A stretch of DNA of 63,355 nt, filler included, from Kipferlia bialata (GCA_003568945.1; 4 parts of 4 records of this genome joined end to end with filler, not necessarily neighbours in it), one strand, 5' to 3'. Shown: positions 11,260 to 26,214, counted from the first letter of the whole stretch. Numbers and translations are program-made. The notes: generated from the letters alone by a model not told the origin.

Positions 11260-14200
11260 CCATACCCTGGTCTGACCAGTCCCCCGAGAGAGGGGGCCAA
11301 GGGCACAACATCAGAGACGGTATGTACCTATAGCCAACATCTGGAGTGGTGTAGTGTGGTGTATCTCGTGGAGGTTTGATGTCTGCCAGTATACTGGTGT
11401 TCTCTCTCCTTGGGTACCAACCGCCCCCACTCTTTCATTTACTAGATATTACTAGCCCTATTTGGCGACCACTCACTGTCTCCTACTACTGCATGACACC
11501 TAACGACCCATCCTCGCTAATCACAGTGTATGGTCTGCCACTCACCCCATGGTCTAAGCATTCTCGCACCCAATTGATATACTGTAGACATTTACAGTGG
11601 ACATCTATCTCCCTCTCCATGTTGCTGAGTATATCCACCCTCTGGGACTCACTCTCAGGATATTGTCTGGGATGTTGACTTGCCCTCGTTCCTCGCAATC
11701 AACCAGGCTTTCAAGGAGGCCCAACCACGCTTCCAGGAGCTCATCCCATTACTAGGTGTGTGCTCGTTTCTATATAGGGATACAAACCTGTTTTTCCACA
11801 TATTTAGTATTCCATTTTTGTATACTTTACGCTTCAAGGAGCTCATCCCCTTACTAGGTATGTGGACGTGTCTGTATACTGTATAGTATATACATATACA
11901 TACATTAGCATTAATATATACTACTCCTTATACATTGACTCCAGACGGACAGGGCCAAGCATCAGTTGCTGGGTATGTCGAGGAGATCGAGTCCATTGGG
12001 GTGCGTCTGAGCATTCCTCTGGCTGTCTCCAAGGAGAGCCATCTGCAGGTATGTTGCAGTCTCTTAGCATTCAATACACTGGGGTGGATGGGTCTTAACA
12101 CTGCTGCCTACAGAAGACTACTGTCTATAGTACCCAGTAATACCCCGACCGTTCCTAGGCCACACATACAGTGTCTCACCATAACTATGATACATTTCCA
12201 CTATTAGATTCTAACTGTCAGCAAGCCCTGGCGGTAGTGATGGGGTCGACCCTCCACAGGATTGATGACCTCATTGACAAGATTGCAAGCACAGTGCTGG
12301 AGCATGGAATAGGTGAGAGTGTCTTATTCGGTATATCAACAAGGTAGTCTCTTCGGTCAGGTCGCAACACTAATGATGTCTCTCTCTTGCCCTCCCACCA
12401 AAGATAGCGGGGCCTGTGAGGCCTTTGTGCAAATCACAGGGACATTTCGGGACCTTCTCCAGAACACCCGGACTGTGAAGAGCATCATGGTAAGTAGACT
12501 TAAAGATATACATTATATAGATGTCCTGTATACCATATTGTTGTATATGGAATATATGTAAATAGTATATGTATTCTTACACTACTGCGTATTAGTTGAA
12601 GTGCCTTTGTGATAGAATCTCTTACCCCAGGCAACTATTGATCCTTGTGAGGTTCACACGAATGCAGCGCGTGTCAGGGAGTGGGAGAGAAGGGCTGCCG
12701 CAGAGAAGGATCTGGTGACGGGTGGGAAGAAGACTGGAACACACTCCAAGAGCGTACAGCAGGTACAGTACAAGCTATGTGCATCTATTGACAGTATCGT
12801 CAGTACTGAGTCTTCCATACTTGAGTGATGAATGTGTACATCCCGTTTACTGTTTATGGTTCTACTTCCGATAGAGATTTCATACACAACAACGGAGTCA
12901 TGCCACTACATACTGTAAACGTATATCTCAGCTACACCCGGTCCTAGCTCTCACTACAATTTCATTTGTTACTGAGTGTACATACTGCTACCAACTCTCA
13001 CCTTAGGTGCAGAGTAGCGCACATGATGTGAGGGAGGATAGGGAGCCAATGAGAGAGCAGATGAGGTCTAAGAGAGAGAGGGGTCTCGTGAGGGGTGAGG
13101 ATGACAGGAGAGTACACTCCAAGTCACTGCAGCAGGTACAATCGTAGCCGATTTTATATGTCTATCAATTAGTGGTATATTGTTTCTCATTTACGTCTAT
13201 AGTGGATTAGTAGGCGCCAACGCCACGTCAGATCTCATGTATCCATACTGAATCATTCCACTACATAGAACTCAAGCAGACCTCCATACTTATCCCCCCA
13301 GTTATGCCCCGGTCCCAGCTCACCCTACAGTGGATGGACAAGAGAGGCTCCAAACCTCTACAGAGAGAGTCAGGTATGTCTCTACAGATCAGTACAAGGT
13401 ACCGCTCCCTAAGTGAGTTGATGCAGATACCGGATATCAGTGATATTCTATGTATGTTTAGCACTCTTAACAGCGATCATCGCTGAGCGATGTATAGATT
13501 CAACATATAGTCCATTTTCCTCTACCTACGGTCACGTACTTGTATCTCTTACCACAGCTCGCTAGACTTGCCCCTCCTGATGTAGCCACACTGGCACCCA
13601 GGGAGATTGAGAAGAGGGTGAGGGGAGTGCCTGCCAAGCACAAGGTGAAGACCGTGGAGAGGAAGAGGAGAGCCCCAGAGCCACACAGGCCTGAGGTGCA
13701 CAAGGTAACTACACGTATGTTCATATATTGTAGGGGATTCTGTTTGTCTGACTCATTTGTGCATGCGTGTCGTTTCCGTGTGCAATGGTGTGGAGCATAT
13801 GTATACATGTGTGTAGGAACCATACAATGGGATTCGTTGATGTGTTATATGTCGAGACATGTCCACACCATCACTATACTGATATTGAACGTCGTGGATG
13901 TCTATCTCACCCCAGCGTCCCACAGACCCTCCTGCTGTAGCCCCTGGCACTCACCAGGCCCCGGTTACCCGCAAGCCCCAGGATACTAGTGTGGTCACAG
14001 AGGGTGGGACCAAGCCCAAGGTGACGGGACACGCCAAGGGAGAGAGAGGCAAGGTCAAGAAGGCAGGGAGACAGCCAGTGGCAGTGACTGGTTTCGGGCC
14101 GCAGGTAGTACTATACAGTGATTATACACCATGCCATACTGGTCTGTATTAGCACACTTTAGTCGTCTACCATCCGTGCATGTTACACGTAGTATGGAGA

Positions 14201-17200
14201 CATCTCCCTATTGTACTTTCTATCATTATGTATGCTGACCATGGATGTATGCGTGTGTTAGGGACACCAGGTTTGGACACAGAACAATGGCATTGACCTA
14301 TATTTATCATCTATCTCTCTTCTGATGACCTGTATATCCCAGTGGTATTATCTCACAACAGGGAGGGATTCAGCCTCCTGTCCTTCCACAGCAGACTGCT
14401 GGTGCCACTAGCACCACTCAGGCACCACCACCAGGTCCTTGCAACGTCATCTCAGCCAACTCCAGAGAGGGGAAGAAGGGTGTTGAGAGGCAGGAGAGAC
14501 AGGTCAAGAGAGAGAGAAGAGAACTGAAGGAGAAGGTCAAGGTGGAGAGGGAGAGGCAGGCTGACATTGCTCCAGTCAAGGCAGAGATGCAGCAGGTACC
14601 TACTATAGTGTATATATGAGTAGAGTCTATATCATCATGAACGGGGTAGGTATCAGCATTTCATTTCTCTCGTCTTCACATTATCTCTATCTCACCATAG
14701 GTAGCCGCACCCCCAGGTGGTGATACACAACCCACTGTAGCCTCCCACACTAGTCAGGCCGAGACTTCAGACGGCCAGCAGGCTGACGTGCACCACACAC
14801 TTGACTCCAAGGTGAGACGTTATGGACTCAATACCATGTGTATGTGAGTATATACGTTGCGGTTCTGTTGTGTCTCTAACCCTCAGTTCCCAGACTTCAA
14901 CCAGCTTGTACAGACTGTTGTAGGGGTGAATGTGCGCTTAGACGCTACCATTGTCCGGATCGGAGAGGAGCCATTCCGTTCCCTAGGTAAGACACATTAT
15001 CTCTATCTATTATGACTGGTATACTTAGTTCGAGGTCTGCTTATACATCGTGCAGTAGCCTTACAGGCCCATTCATCCTGTCAATCTTAACAACTCCAGG
15101 CTCTGACGCACGAAAGGAGATCCAGGAGAAGCTCACCACACTGGAGGGACTGCCACTGTGCCTCAGATTCCCACTAATAGTGGACCCCATATATCCCGCC
15201 TTCCAGGTATGTATAGTGTTCAATCCTAATGTGGTGAACTATTTCATTGGAGGGGTAAAGAGACTTCACTTCTAATGTCCAGATGGGTCTTGTGTATTCC
15301 CTGGTGTACGAGACTAGTGTCGTGGCATTGCGCACACTCACAGAGATCACCAACATATGTCTTCCAGGTGGGTCTAGTGAGTATAACACATATATACGCA
15401 TGTATATACTTCTATATATACAAGTATTGACATACGTGTATACAAATTTATACTCTATTATACCAAGACGGAGGGTACCCCGTCGGAACGAGGCAATACT
15501 ATTCCATATTGATTCCCAGACAAGAACGCCACCTACTTTTGCAGCATTGTCCTTCAGCCGATGATGCGAGAGCTAATGGACAACCCCACACTAGTGTCAT
15601 GTCAGGTTGGTGGCCAAACCTACTACATTTGTAATATATTCTTTACTATATACTCATGGATGATACTTTCCAATGTAATACATATGCTTACACATAGTTA
15701 ATGTAATGCTTACATCCAGGAGTTCATAGCGCAGGATAGGGGAGTGGTCTCACCCAAGCAGGTACATCATAGTAACACATGAAACTGTCCTTGAGTTACA
15801 TACATATGTGATATGATGTGGGCAGTGCTAGACTAGCACTGCTAGTTCTCTTTGCAGTACGAGTCGCAATGACATATTTGAGAGCGATGTATGGTGACAT
15901 TCCTTGCATATGAGTCTCATCTCCAGCTGCCTTTCCCCAAACGCATGGCGTCTCTGATGGTCATCAATGACACCATATCTGATGTCTCCACCATTATCGC
16001 AGGGGATTCCGTCCTGGGCCAAGGTATGTGTCTTATTTATCATCAGAAATGCCCTCTTTCCACTATGAACTGCGCCATTAGCTATTATGACTCATATATG
16101 GTTGGTCATACTCCTGAATATACTGGATATACAGTATTGGTGGATCATCTCATAGCCCAGACGCCGGGTTCTGTGAGATGGTCGAGGAGCTTGGGAATCA
16201 GGCTGACCTGCTCAGGACAGTCTTCAAGTATACCGGTACCCGGACACCCCAGCAACAGGTATGTGGTATAGTGTGTTGGAAGTCCTTTTCAGGTCCAGTC
16301 ACTTCAGTACTACTGAGGTCTTCAGTAGTAACAATAAGTATACACTCTAATCACCAGGAGAAGATTGCAGATGGCATAGCAAGCACTCTCCTTGATATGA
16401 CGCCACTCATGGATACCATCCTGGCTACCTACAAGGAGGGTGAGACAACGTCCATGATTCAATAGCTAATTGCATTATACCCTAGGGAATACCATACCAC
16501 AATATCTGTTCCTTCCCACCCCAGACGCTCGTGTCTTCCCACTCTGCCACGCTCTCTTCGACCCCATCTATTGCATGATCCAGGGGGACTTCTCCGTTGT
16601 GGCATACAAGGCCAAGGTCAGTAGATATTACTCATCTGTTGTATCCACACTGCCACAGTTCTCCTATACGTATCCTTGAAGGTGTATATTTCTCATATTC
16701 ACACATATTCACACATCTTAGTGCGGCTAAATCAGTGAGAAGAGGCCATTTAGGAGGAATCTAATTCCTCTCTTCATTATTCCAACTGATACAACACGGA
16801 CACTATCATTGTCTTCACCCATGACTCAGTTGACAACCAGGCAGAGATACATGCGTACCCGTACCCTCCCAACCCAGCTGCCTTTGTCTCCCCTGTCCTC
16901 GATGACACTCTCGAGGGTGTAGAGAGCAGTGAGGAGGAGGGCACACTGGGGTATGAGGTACGTGGTTACAGTTACTATTTCATTCTATATCCATGCTATT
17001 TGGGGCCACTCTCTTCTGGACATTACCCTCTGGAAGTATGGTTAGTATCTCATTAGTGTCAACACATTAGTATTTCATCTGAACCAGGCACAGGTCCTGC
17101 ATGACTTCATCGGCATCCAAGAGATCCTAGAGGCACAGGAGCACGCCAATGGGGCTCTGGGTGGGGACCCATTCACAGACATTGGTAAGGTTTCAATAAT

Positions 17201-20200
17201 GCTACAGATCCCCGTACAATACTACGTGTCACGAACTGTACGGACACCCACCGCTGTTTCTGCATTTTGTGTTTTATGCCTCATCTAAACGCATCCTATA
17301 GTACTCTTAGACCTCTCACTCCAGATGAGATGACGTCTGATATCCTGCGGCAGGCCATGGAGTGGCAGTGTGAGGACCTCCCCCCAGCCCTCTACAACTA
17401 CCTGGTAAGTGAGTTGTCGAGTATATGACATGTACACTGTATTGGTACCCATGTCAAAGTCTTATTTTCCCTGTAACCTTCAGAAATGTCAATAGCAGGA
17501 GAGCATTAGGGCCACCAGATATGTGTATTTAGTAGTACACTATAGAGGTACAATGTAGCCCCACTAACACTAGGAGAGGGTCAGGGCCAGCCTCTGTGAC
17601 ACCATCCTAGCTAGACACGACTACTTCCTCGGACACTTCGACGTTAGAGAGGCAGAAGGTAACATTCGTGATAACATCACACCTAAGTTCCAGATTCACT
17701 GACATTAGAGTCATTTTCCGTGCCTGCTTTGACTCTGTGACACACACTCTTCCTCACCTCAGCCAGACTTCGTGCGAATGGGTACTTCAGCCTGATTGCC
17801 ACAAGTGAGGCCCTCAAGAGGCACAGAGATCACCTGCTGGTACGTGTGACACAATACTACATACTCCTGTGATATTCTGGTCCCATTATATATATACGGC
17901 GGTGAGTACTATCTCTCAAGTATGTAATAGTCGCTCTCGAGAAAGAGTCTCACTTCAGACTGCAGACTATGTGACACCCGTCCACAGTGCTATGGGCAAC
18001 AACCCAACCCACTCTGCCACTCAGAGTAAGGGCCGTACAGCCACCCAGTCACAGGTAATACTCAGACGTCTGAAAACTACACATGCTATCTCATGGACAT
18101 TACTGATATAGGACACAGGTAAGCTTAGTGCCTATTTACGCCCCACATACATAATGTTTTTGCTGGCCAGTCTTATACTCATGTTCTCTTCTCTTATCTC
18201 CAGAGAGGGGTCCCAGAGCACACTACTGTCCAGCCTACAGCCACCTTCCAGGAGGCAGAGAGTGAGACCACTGCCCCACCTCCTCAGGGCCCATACATAG
18301 ACCCCATCTTCCGCCAGGGGGGACCAGCTATGCAGGTCTGGTCTACACTGACCCCGGCAGAGAAGGTAGGCACATATATAGATGAAATGATGATGAATGT
18401 GTATATGAATGTGTATTTGTATTATAATATGAGTGTGTATACAATTGACTCGTTGGTACTGATGCTTTTACTGATACACGTTCTCACGTTAGGATAGAGA
18501 GCTTCAGATGATGGGGACAGCCCACATTGACGCATACAACAAGAACACTGAGTTGGCCTCCCAGGCTGCACCAAGAGGTTTGGATATTCCTCTGTACATC
18601 TCAGTATTTGTCACAGCAGTTCCCCGCAACACATGAGTAAATATGTTACGGTATAAGTATCGATAGTCTCATGGGGACTCTCACCCACAGACTACACGAC
18701 TCTGTATGCTCTCTATGAGAGTCAGAACTATCACCGTACAGTGTGTAGCTCCAGCAGGATTCCCATCCTCACGTCGGTATGTATGTGAATACAGTGTATA
18801 CTTTACACCATATGCTTGGATACTCCTACACACTGCTCTCACTGTCAGCTGCCTGAGCCTGAGGAGCCAGTTGCGATCCCACCCCCAAAGAATGAGAGCC
18901 AGGTCAGCATTCGGCAATATCTTGTTATTTGTGGCAATATGTGTTCAACTCCTGCCTCTGCTTACGGTGATATGTTCAGGTGTATTCTTCGTCTGTGACT
19001 CCTAACGATAGGAGCAGTTCATCCACCGTATCCGCAGTGCGGTTGCCGCTGGCACTGGTGTCGCCATGCACGAGTTGGTATGTGATATATATGTGTATGT
19101 GTATTTAAGAATAGTGTATATGGCAATACAATATATGCGTTGTGACAACTCCTTGTATGACAGCTACTAGCTGTCAGCTAGTCCTTGATCTCATTCCCAG
19201 AAGGAGGCTGTGCTTGTGATGGGTCCTGGCTATGACAGCAGTCTGCAGCAGACACATGCAGATGCTCAGGCTAGGCCTAAGCACTCCCAGGCAGCCCGGA
19301 CAAAGACTGTGGCTACTATGGCTCCTGTGCCCCGCCCTGTTGTCAGCAGGAGACACCAGCCAGCGGCTCAGCCTGCTAGGCAGCAGCCTGTCCAGGTGCA
19401 GAGTGTCACTGCCGTAGCTGTTACTGTACAGACGCAGGCTGAGAACACTGCTGCAGAGGAGGTCCTCGACTTCACAGAGGCAGTGCCTGCCCCAGCACCT
19501 GCAAGGTACCATTTGGAATGAGTCTCTTACATACGTTCTTGATACTCGTCCATGGTTGCTAATCCTAGAACCCAGACAGCTGCAGGACCTGCAAGAGGTG
19601 CATCCAGACAGAGAGCTGCCACTGTTTCATCAGGTATAGTAGTGGCAGTTGTGGCACTCTTCAAATCATACGGGAGTACTCTAACTGTACTTTGAGTACA
19701 TGCTAATTTGGCATGATGCTAACACCTCAGGGCGCCTTGGCGATATGATTGAGAAGCTTACTACCACCCGTGACTCACTTGTTACCGACTACATCCAGAA
19801 GTACCCAGGAGCCATCCCAGCTGCACACCTGACCAGAGGTGAGTGCTTCCTTCAATATGCTGATACCTTACAATGCATACCAAGCACTACCATTCAACAT
19901 CTCTGTGTCCTGACTCATCTAGGTGTGTACAGTAAGATGAAGTTGAGAGTCCAGAAGACCGAGAAGATCTGCGTTGATGCACATGACCTTGTGGATCGTG
20001 CACAGCCTGGCACAGTCAAGGAGGAGCTAGTTGAGCTTCTTGCGGAGGTGGTACGTCGAATGCTAGAAATCACCAATTATATGCGGATATATATATATAT
20101 ATATACGGGTGAGGAGTAGCAATCTATATATGAGTTCTGTGCGATACGGTTATATAGATATTCCAACTGCCAGGACGGTCACCGGATCCGACTCAAGGAG

Positions 20201-20493
20201 CTTGCTGCACAGTGCGAGGCAGGCCTTCCCAAGAGGACGAAGAAAAGTACGTGGAGTATATAGCTACCGTGTATAGTAATGCTTCTATATCCAGATGCCG
20301 AAATATTCAGTGTGTACATAGTTTCTTCTCATTAACAGAGGCTTCGGCAGGAGGAATACAAGAATGTGTTGCATATATATACATGTATAACTAGTGTGTA
20401 TATAACAGTATGTGCACACGTGTTTATATATCCAGATTCTACAGTTTACTTTGTGTTCATGGTCTCTTCTCATTTACAGAGGCCGCGTGGTGA
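11260..20493 (+). CDS. Large multi-exon hypothetical protein (about 35 short exons, 5'-partial); helical segments alternate with low-complexity charged or Pro/Gln-rich linkers
   Basis: A regular series of 50-300 bp GC-richer exons bounded by CTYAC..YAG acceptors and GTA/GTG donors, e.g. GSDARKEIQEKLTTLEGLPLCLRFPLIVDPIYPAFQ and EKIADGIASTLLDMTPLMDTILATYKE. The terminal exon KAAW-TGA is at 20480-20493. It could be more than one gene. Confidence 0.6.
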
Positions 20494-21379
20494 ACAGAAG
20501 TATGCCTTGAGAGCCACGGGTATCTATGTGTCCCTGTGGAGTGTTTTCTGTTGGGCACTGGGCAGTTGGATGCTGTGTGTCCCCACTCGAGTGAAGGACG
20601 GACTCTGAGTGAGAGAGAGCATCTAGATATGGTGCCTCTGTTGGCAGTAGTTGCTGCCTGAGTTTTGTGTTGGTATGATCGATGGGCCGATCCCAGTATA
20701 TAAATATCGTTGTTTTGCGACTTCCTGCTAGGTCACACTCAATACGTTTTCGGTACCATGCGCATACTGTATACTGTAATGAACTGCCGTACTGTAGAGA
20801 GAGGCAGTTGAGGGGGGTATGGTAGGGATGTCTACATACTGTATACTACAGTGACTGTAACAGCCGGTAGACCATCCACACTGTATACCCTCTACAGTTA
20901 CAAACCAAGACCATCACATATACAGTAGAGCCAGTGAAAGTACTACTGTATTCCTCTGTCTCTCTACCTTCAACTATCCACCTTGAAGTCTAAGGCTTGA
21001 ACGGTTACGGATATACATCTAAACCACTTTAGCCTACCGCCAGAGAAGAAATAGTTACTTGAGTGGTCTGATTGCTGTGTTGTGGATCAAGAGCTGCCCT
21101 CTTCTTCCCTTCTGCACAGGGCAGGTCTACACACGTTCTTGTCAAAAACTAGCTCTAGAGCAGTTGTATGGTGAGTGTCTGTCCGGCCTAGTGTGGTATT
21201 TAACGTCGACATACTTAAGTGTTGGGGTTGCCTCATATTGACTCTTATATCATTTTCACATAGTGTATACGGCAAGCTGAACCCGAGTTTACGATACAAT
21301 TTATAGTATTACTGGTACCAGATTTGCTGGGTATTTCCGTGTAACTAACACCACCTTTGATATCCTGACTGACATACCA

Positions 21380-24300
21380 GGAGCACCCAGACAGGACTGG
21401 TCCCCCAGGAGGTGGCATCCACCATGTACCAGGGGGACAGGTAAGTGACAACTAGAAAGATGCTGACACCCGATCTCTCTGTGCTAATGGTAGTGTAGCA
21501 TGTATTACACTGCCGTGGCATTTACGTGACAGTTGCGTACTCACGCCAAATGCTGTAGCAGTAGTCCATTCTTATCCTAGTCTAACCTTCTTCTTCTTAT
21601 CTCACAAGGAGGAGTCGTTGCTCCGCCTCAACTTCGAGCTTGGCATGTTCTGTGGAGGGTTGGGCATCAGTGAGGCGCCCCTAGGTATGTATCTGTCCCT
21701 ATACTGCATTTATCCAGTTATTCTTTGATTGGTTTATCAAAAGAAGGAAAATAGTTACGAGACGAACTGCGTATAGTGTACTTACACCAGACACCAAGAC
21801 AAAAGAGAAGTTGAAGGAGCTGACAAAACGTATCTCCCAGAATCGGGTGAAACCATCTAGAAGGAGGCTTGGCCTACCAGAAGACCCAATGAGGACACAA
21901 CGGATATTGGATGGAATCTGCTGGTCCACAAGGGTCCTTAGACGCATCCTCAGGATATGCGGGAGAGGCATGACCCCACTTACATTTTCAGTTACTGTAT
22001 CTGCTCCATTTATTATAGTTTAAGGTACTTGATTGTATTTGCCAACCAGAGTCCGCTTACCACAGAGCCCCTAGCCACAGTTACCATCCGTGATAGAGTG
22101 GGCGCTATTGTGAGTCTGATCGAAAGCACACCCGCAATCAGGGCCTATCAGGTGTCGGGAGTTCTCCATATGGAGTATGTATGACACATACATATAACAT
22201 ATACAGTATATGCGTCTGACAAATCACTTTATCTTTGGACCTCTGACCCCAGCGTCAACTAGTCAGGGAAGAAGAGGCCGATCCCCTTGAGTATGACATC
22301 GCTGAAGACTCCGATGAGCAACGTAGAATCGCCTGGGATAGAGAGAGACAGAGACAGATTGAGTTTGCAAGACTGGGGGACGATCTGTTTGGGGAGCCTA
22401 CACCTCATGGGACTCTCTTCCAGACGCAACAAGAGCCAGCGGATTCCCGTAGAGTCACGGATCCCACATGGGAGAGACAGACAAATCAGACCATGGGCAA
22501 GAGAGAGAGAGAGAGAACTGGAGAGAGAGAGAGAAAGGCCAAGAGGAAGCCAGAAGTAAGTGTCTATTCTTCTCCTACTTAAAACAAATATCGTGGAATA
22601 TGCGATTGCCATCTCTAGTGCCCTAAAGGTAGACTATATATACACCATGGTATTGTGACAATGTCTTTGTCCTATATCAGGGAGAGCCTCCACTCCGGAG
22701 AGTTCTGACAGAGGAGATAGAAGTGGAAGTGAGTAATAATGTTCGACAATCGTAACGTTGTATATCGGTATGAGTATACTCTGGCGATTGAGACTGCTGA
22801 ATATAATCAGTGCACACTAAACATCTAGGAGGTGTGTGAATATCTCATATATAGCGGGCAGTGGTCAGTGAACACTGTTCTTCACACCGTAGTACTTGGA
22901 TCTTTGTTGGACCTCTTGTTAGTATGAGTGAGACACTGACTCTAAGGGGGAACCGGCCGCCAATCTCGAGAAGGTTGAGAGAGAGAGAGAGCCAGTGGCT
23001 GACGACACTGAGGAGACTGGTCCTTTCTGCATGAACGGACCTCTGATGCAGCAGTGGTTCTCTCTCTCCCCCACAGAGCAGGTGAGCAACGTACTGAATA
23101 ATGTTTCTATTATAGGAGCCTCGCAATTCCCATGCAGAGCAGGAAATGAATATCTTGCATACTGATGTTGCTATGCGTTTCTAGAGAAGTATATACATAT
23201 GACTGCATCTCATTCCCTGACACACAGGTAAGCAACATAGTGAATAGCGGTTCTATTATACGTGCAAAGCTGTTCTCATCTGCCAGTGGTGGTGTGGTGG
23301 GGATGAGTATCAGAGAGTATGATTCAGAGTTAGATATAGGGATGAATTCACTCTTGCCGGAACGATTAAACTACTCTTCTCACACAAGGCCAAGGAGGTT
23401 CAGAGGCTGGGGAATGCCCACGTTGAGACCTTCAACAAGCTACGGGACCTGGCTTCCCAGTCTTCTCCTTTAGGTTAGTCTTCCCTATCCATGCGTCATA
23501 CATCAGTATGAACACTCTGCAATTAGAAGTTTTCTCATGCACTTATGATGGAGTCATCTACTCCCCTAGATCTTCTATTTTCTGACTGTGAACCTCTTTG
23601 GACCAACCACAGACACCACAACTCAACATGCCTTGTATGAGGGTCAGAACTACCAGCGCACAGTCTGCAGCCGTAGCAGATTACTACGCATGCATCAGGT
23701 GCCCTAAATATCTTTGACGCCATACCTGATCACTATAGAGCATTGTGCAGATATACTAACTCATTATCAGCTACCTGAGCCAGAGCTCCCAGAACTGATC
23801 CCACCACCCAAGAAGGAGACCCAGGTAGAGGCACACTCCCATCACAACTAGTCCTGTACACACTACAGCACTTCTACCTGTTGGTGGTAATATATGTACT
23901 ACTAGAACAGTGGAAGAGACTAGTGGTACAGTAACACTGGTACTGACCATTGATAGTGTACCCCAGTATAGTGCTAGTGTATTTTTCGTATGTCCCTCCT
24001 AACAACAGGAGCAGTATATCCAGCGCATTCGCAGTGCAGTAGAGGCTGGCACTGATGTCTCAATGCAGGAGCTGGTGTGTGATTCAGTAAATATATGAAT
24101 ATGTCTACTTATGTCTTTTCAATGTTGTGACTTGTTGTATGGCAGATAGGCTTTGATCTTATCTCCAGCAGGATGCTGTGATTCTTATGGGTCCTGGCTA
24201 TGACAGCAGTCTGCAGCAGACTCAGACAGAGGCTGAGTCTGAGCCTAACCACCCACAGCCTAACCAGCCAGAGCCCGCTGTGTCCTACTCTGACAGTGAG

Positions 24301-25286
24301 AGCAGTCAGCCAGTGGCTCAGGCTGAGAGCCCACACCCTATCCCACTGGAGACTGCAGCTGCAGCGGCAGAGGAGGTCATAGACTTCACCCAGCCAGACC
24401 CTACCTCAGCACTTGCCAGGTACGACTATTGACGAGTACCATCTGTAGGTTCTTCACACTATAGTATCAGCTACAATGGTATAGTGACTATACCATTGTA
24501 GCTGATCCAAGGAGACAAGCAGCTGCAGATGCGTAAAGGAAGAGAGTTGCCAAAGACTTATCAGGTATATTTCAGGCAGCTGTGGTGTTCTTCAAATCAT
24601 ACGAGAGTAGACTGGAAGTGTACTGTGATTATGTAATGGCGAAGAGTCTATATACTGACACTTCAGACAGCCTTGGCCTTATGATTAAGAGGCTGTCCAC
24701 CTCCCGTGACCCACTGCTTACGGACTACATCGAGAAGTACCCACGAGGCATCCCCAAAGCACACCTGACCAGAGGTGAGTGCTTCCTTCAATATGCTGAT
24801 ACCTTACAATGTAGTCCAAACACTCCCATTCAACACCTCAGTGTCCTGACTCATCTAGGTGTGTACAGCGACATGCTGCTGAGAGTCAAGGAGACCAAGA
24901 AGATGTGCGTTGATGCCCGTGCCCTACTGGATCAGCTGCAGCCTAGCACAGAGAGGGAGGAGCTATCTGGTCTTGTCACCCAAGTGGTACGTACCATAGA
25001 CAAGATATCAAATTGTACATTACTATTGTATTGCTACTGCAGTATCCCATAGGAGTGGAAGCAAGTCTTCTTCAAGAGATATGTGCGTTCCGGTTCTATG
25101 GATCTTCCCACACCCAGCAGCGTCACGTGCCCAGACTCGAGGAGTTAGTTGTAGAATGCGACGCCGGCATCCCTAGGAGGGAGAAGAGACGTAAGTTAAC
25201 GACTATATATAAGCACGTTGGCTTCGGTTTTCTCTAGTGCTATATGTCTACCTAGGTTCTGCTCACATACAGAGCCCTCTTGGTGA
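21380..25286 (+). pseudogene. Multi-exon partial paralog of the preceding gene sharing its last 7-8 exons; in-frame TAA at 24534-24536 (truncated gene or pseudogene); 5' end uncertain
   Basis: Exons from about 23772-25286 align with 18850-20493 (IPPPKxExQ, EQxIxRIRSAVxAGTxVxMxEL, VMGPGYDSSLQQT, DYIxKYPxxIPxAHLTRG), as do some introns and the 3' flank. GCG TAA AGG aligns with GCA TCC AGA of the paralog. Confidence 0.45.
24466..24506. repeat. Perfect 20-bp inverted repeat with a 1-nt loop at the 3' end of an intron
   Basis: atcagctacaatggtatagt-g-actataccattgtagctgat. Confidence 0.9.
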
Positions 25287-26214
25287 TCAGAAGAAGCCCT
25301 TGAGAGACGGGTGTATCTATGGATCCCTGGCCCATGTACTCTGGGGAGTGCTATGTGTTTGGAACCTGAACAGTGGATTGTTTGGAGTCACGCTCCGAGT
25401 ACAAGATGGACTCTGAGTGAGAGAGAGTAATTTGATATGTTGCCACTCTTGGCAGTCATTGCTGTCTGAGTTGTATGTTGGTATGATCGATGGGTCGGTA
25501 CCAGAACATAAACATCATAGTTATGCGACGTCTGGCTATTACAGTGTCATACTCAGATTTCAATGTCGATATCAAACGCATACTGTACACTGTATGTGAC
25601 TGCGTTACTGTTGCGACAGACAGTTGAGTGGAGGTATATGTGGGTTGTCCTTTCATAGATTCCCAAAGCCGGAGACAATCTCGAAGCTGAACCTGTTGTA
25701 TAGAACCTGAAAACAGTATATTACTGACTGTCAGTAATTTACTGACAGACTCAAATATATTCTTTCGAACAACTCTCAAACATATACCAGATCACCCATA
25801 CTCCACTACACACCTGTGGTAGTCTCTGCCTCCTATCATAAATCCCTCACTCACCATATACACTCAATACGCTCCATGAACCGTACTCCATCTACAGCTT
25901 GCATGGTGTGACACCATGATGGTGCCCCATCTGTAGCCCGAGACACTCTGGGGGTGAGATAGAAGTGACACAGATATCCCATATCTATACGTCCATTACA
26001 ATGCCAAAGTTGTCAGGTACGACTACAACAAGAGACTCTTGTATTAAGAGTAGAAAGAAGCCTTCTCACATCCACAGTATAAACACTCAGTCAGATAAGT
26101 ATGTATCCATGATTTTTGTGTTATACCTCCGCTATGGGATACAGACCGTGAGAGTATCAGTGATACTGTGTCATATGTCACTGTTGTATGTACCTTTGTA
26201 GCAGTGAGTGGAAT

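Noticed and set aside
24534..24536. Possible TAA/TAG-to-Gln code as in hexamitine diplomonads
   Set aside because: PEPCK ends in TAA and other genes end in TAG at plausible C-termini, and long exons lack internal TAR. A single in-frame TAA is better explained as a nonsense change.
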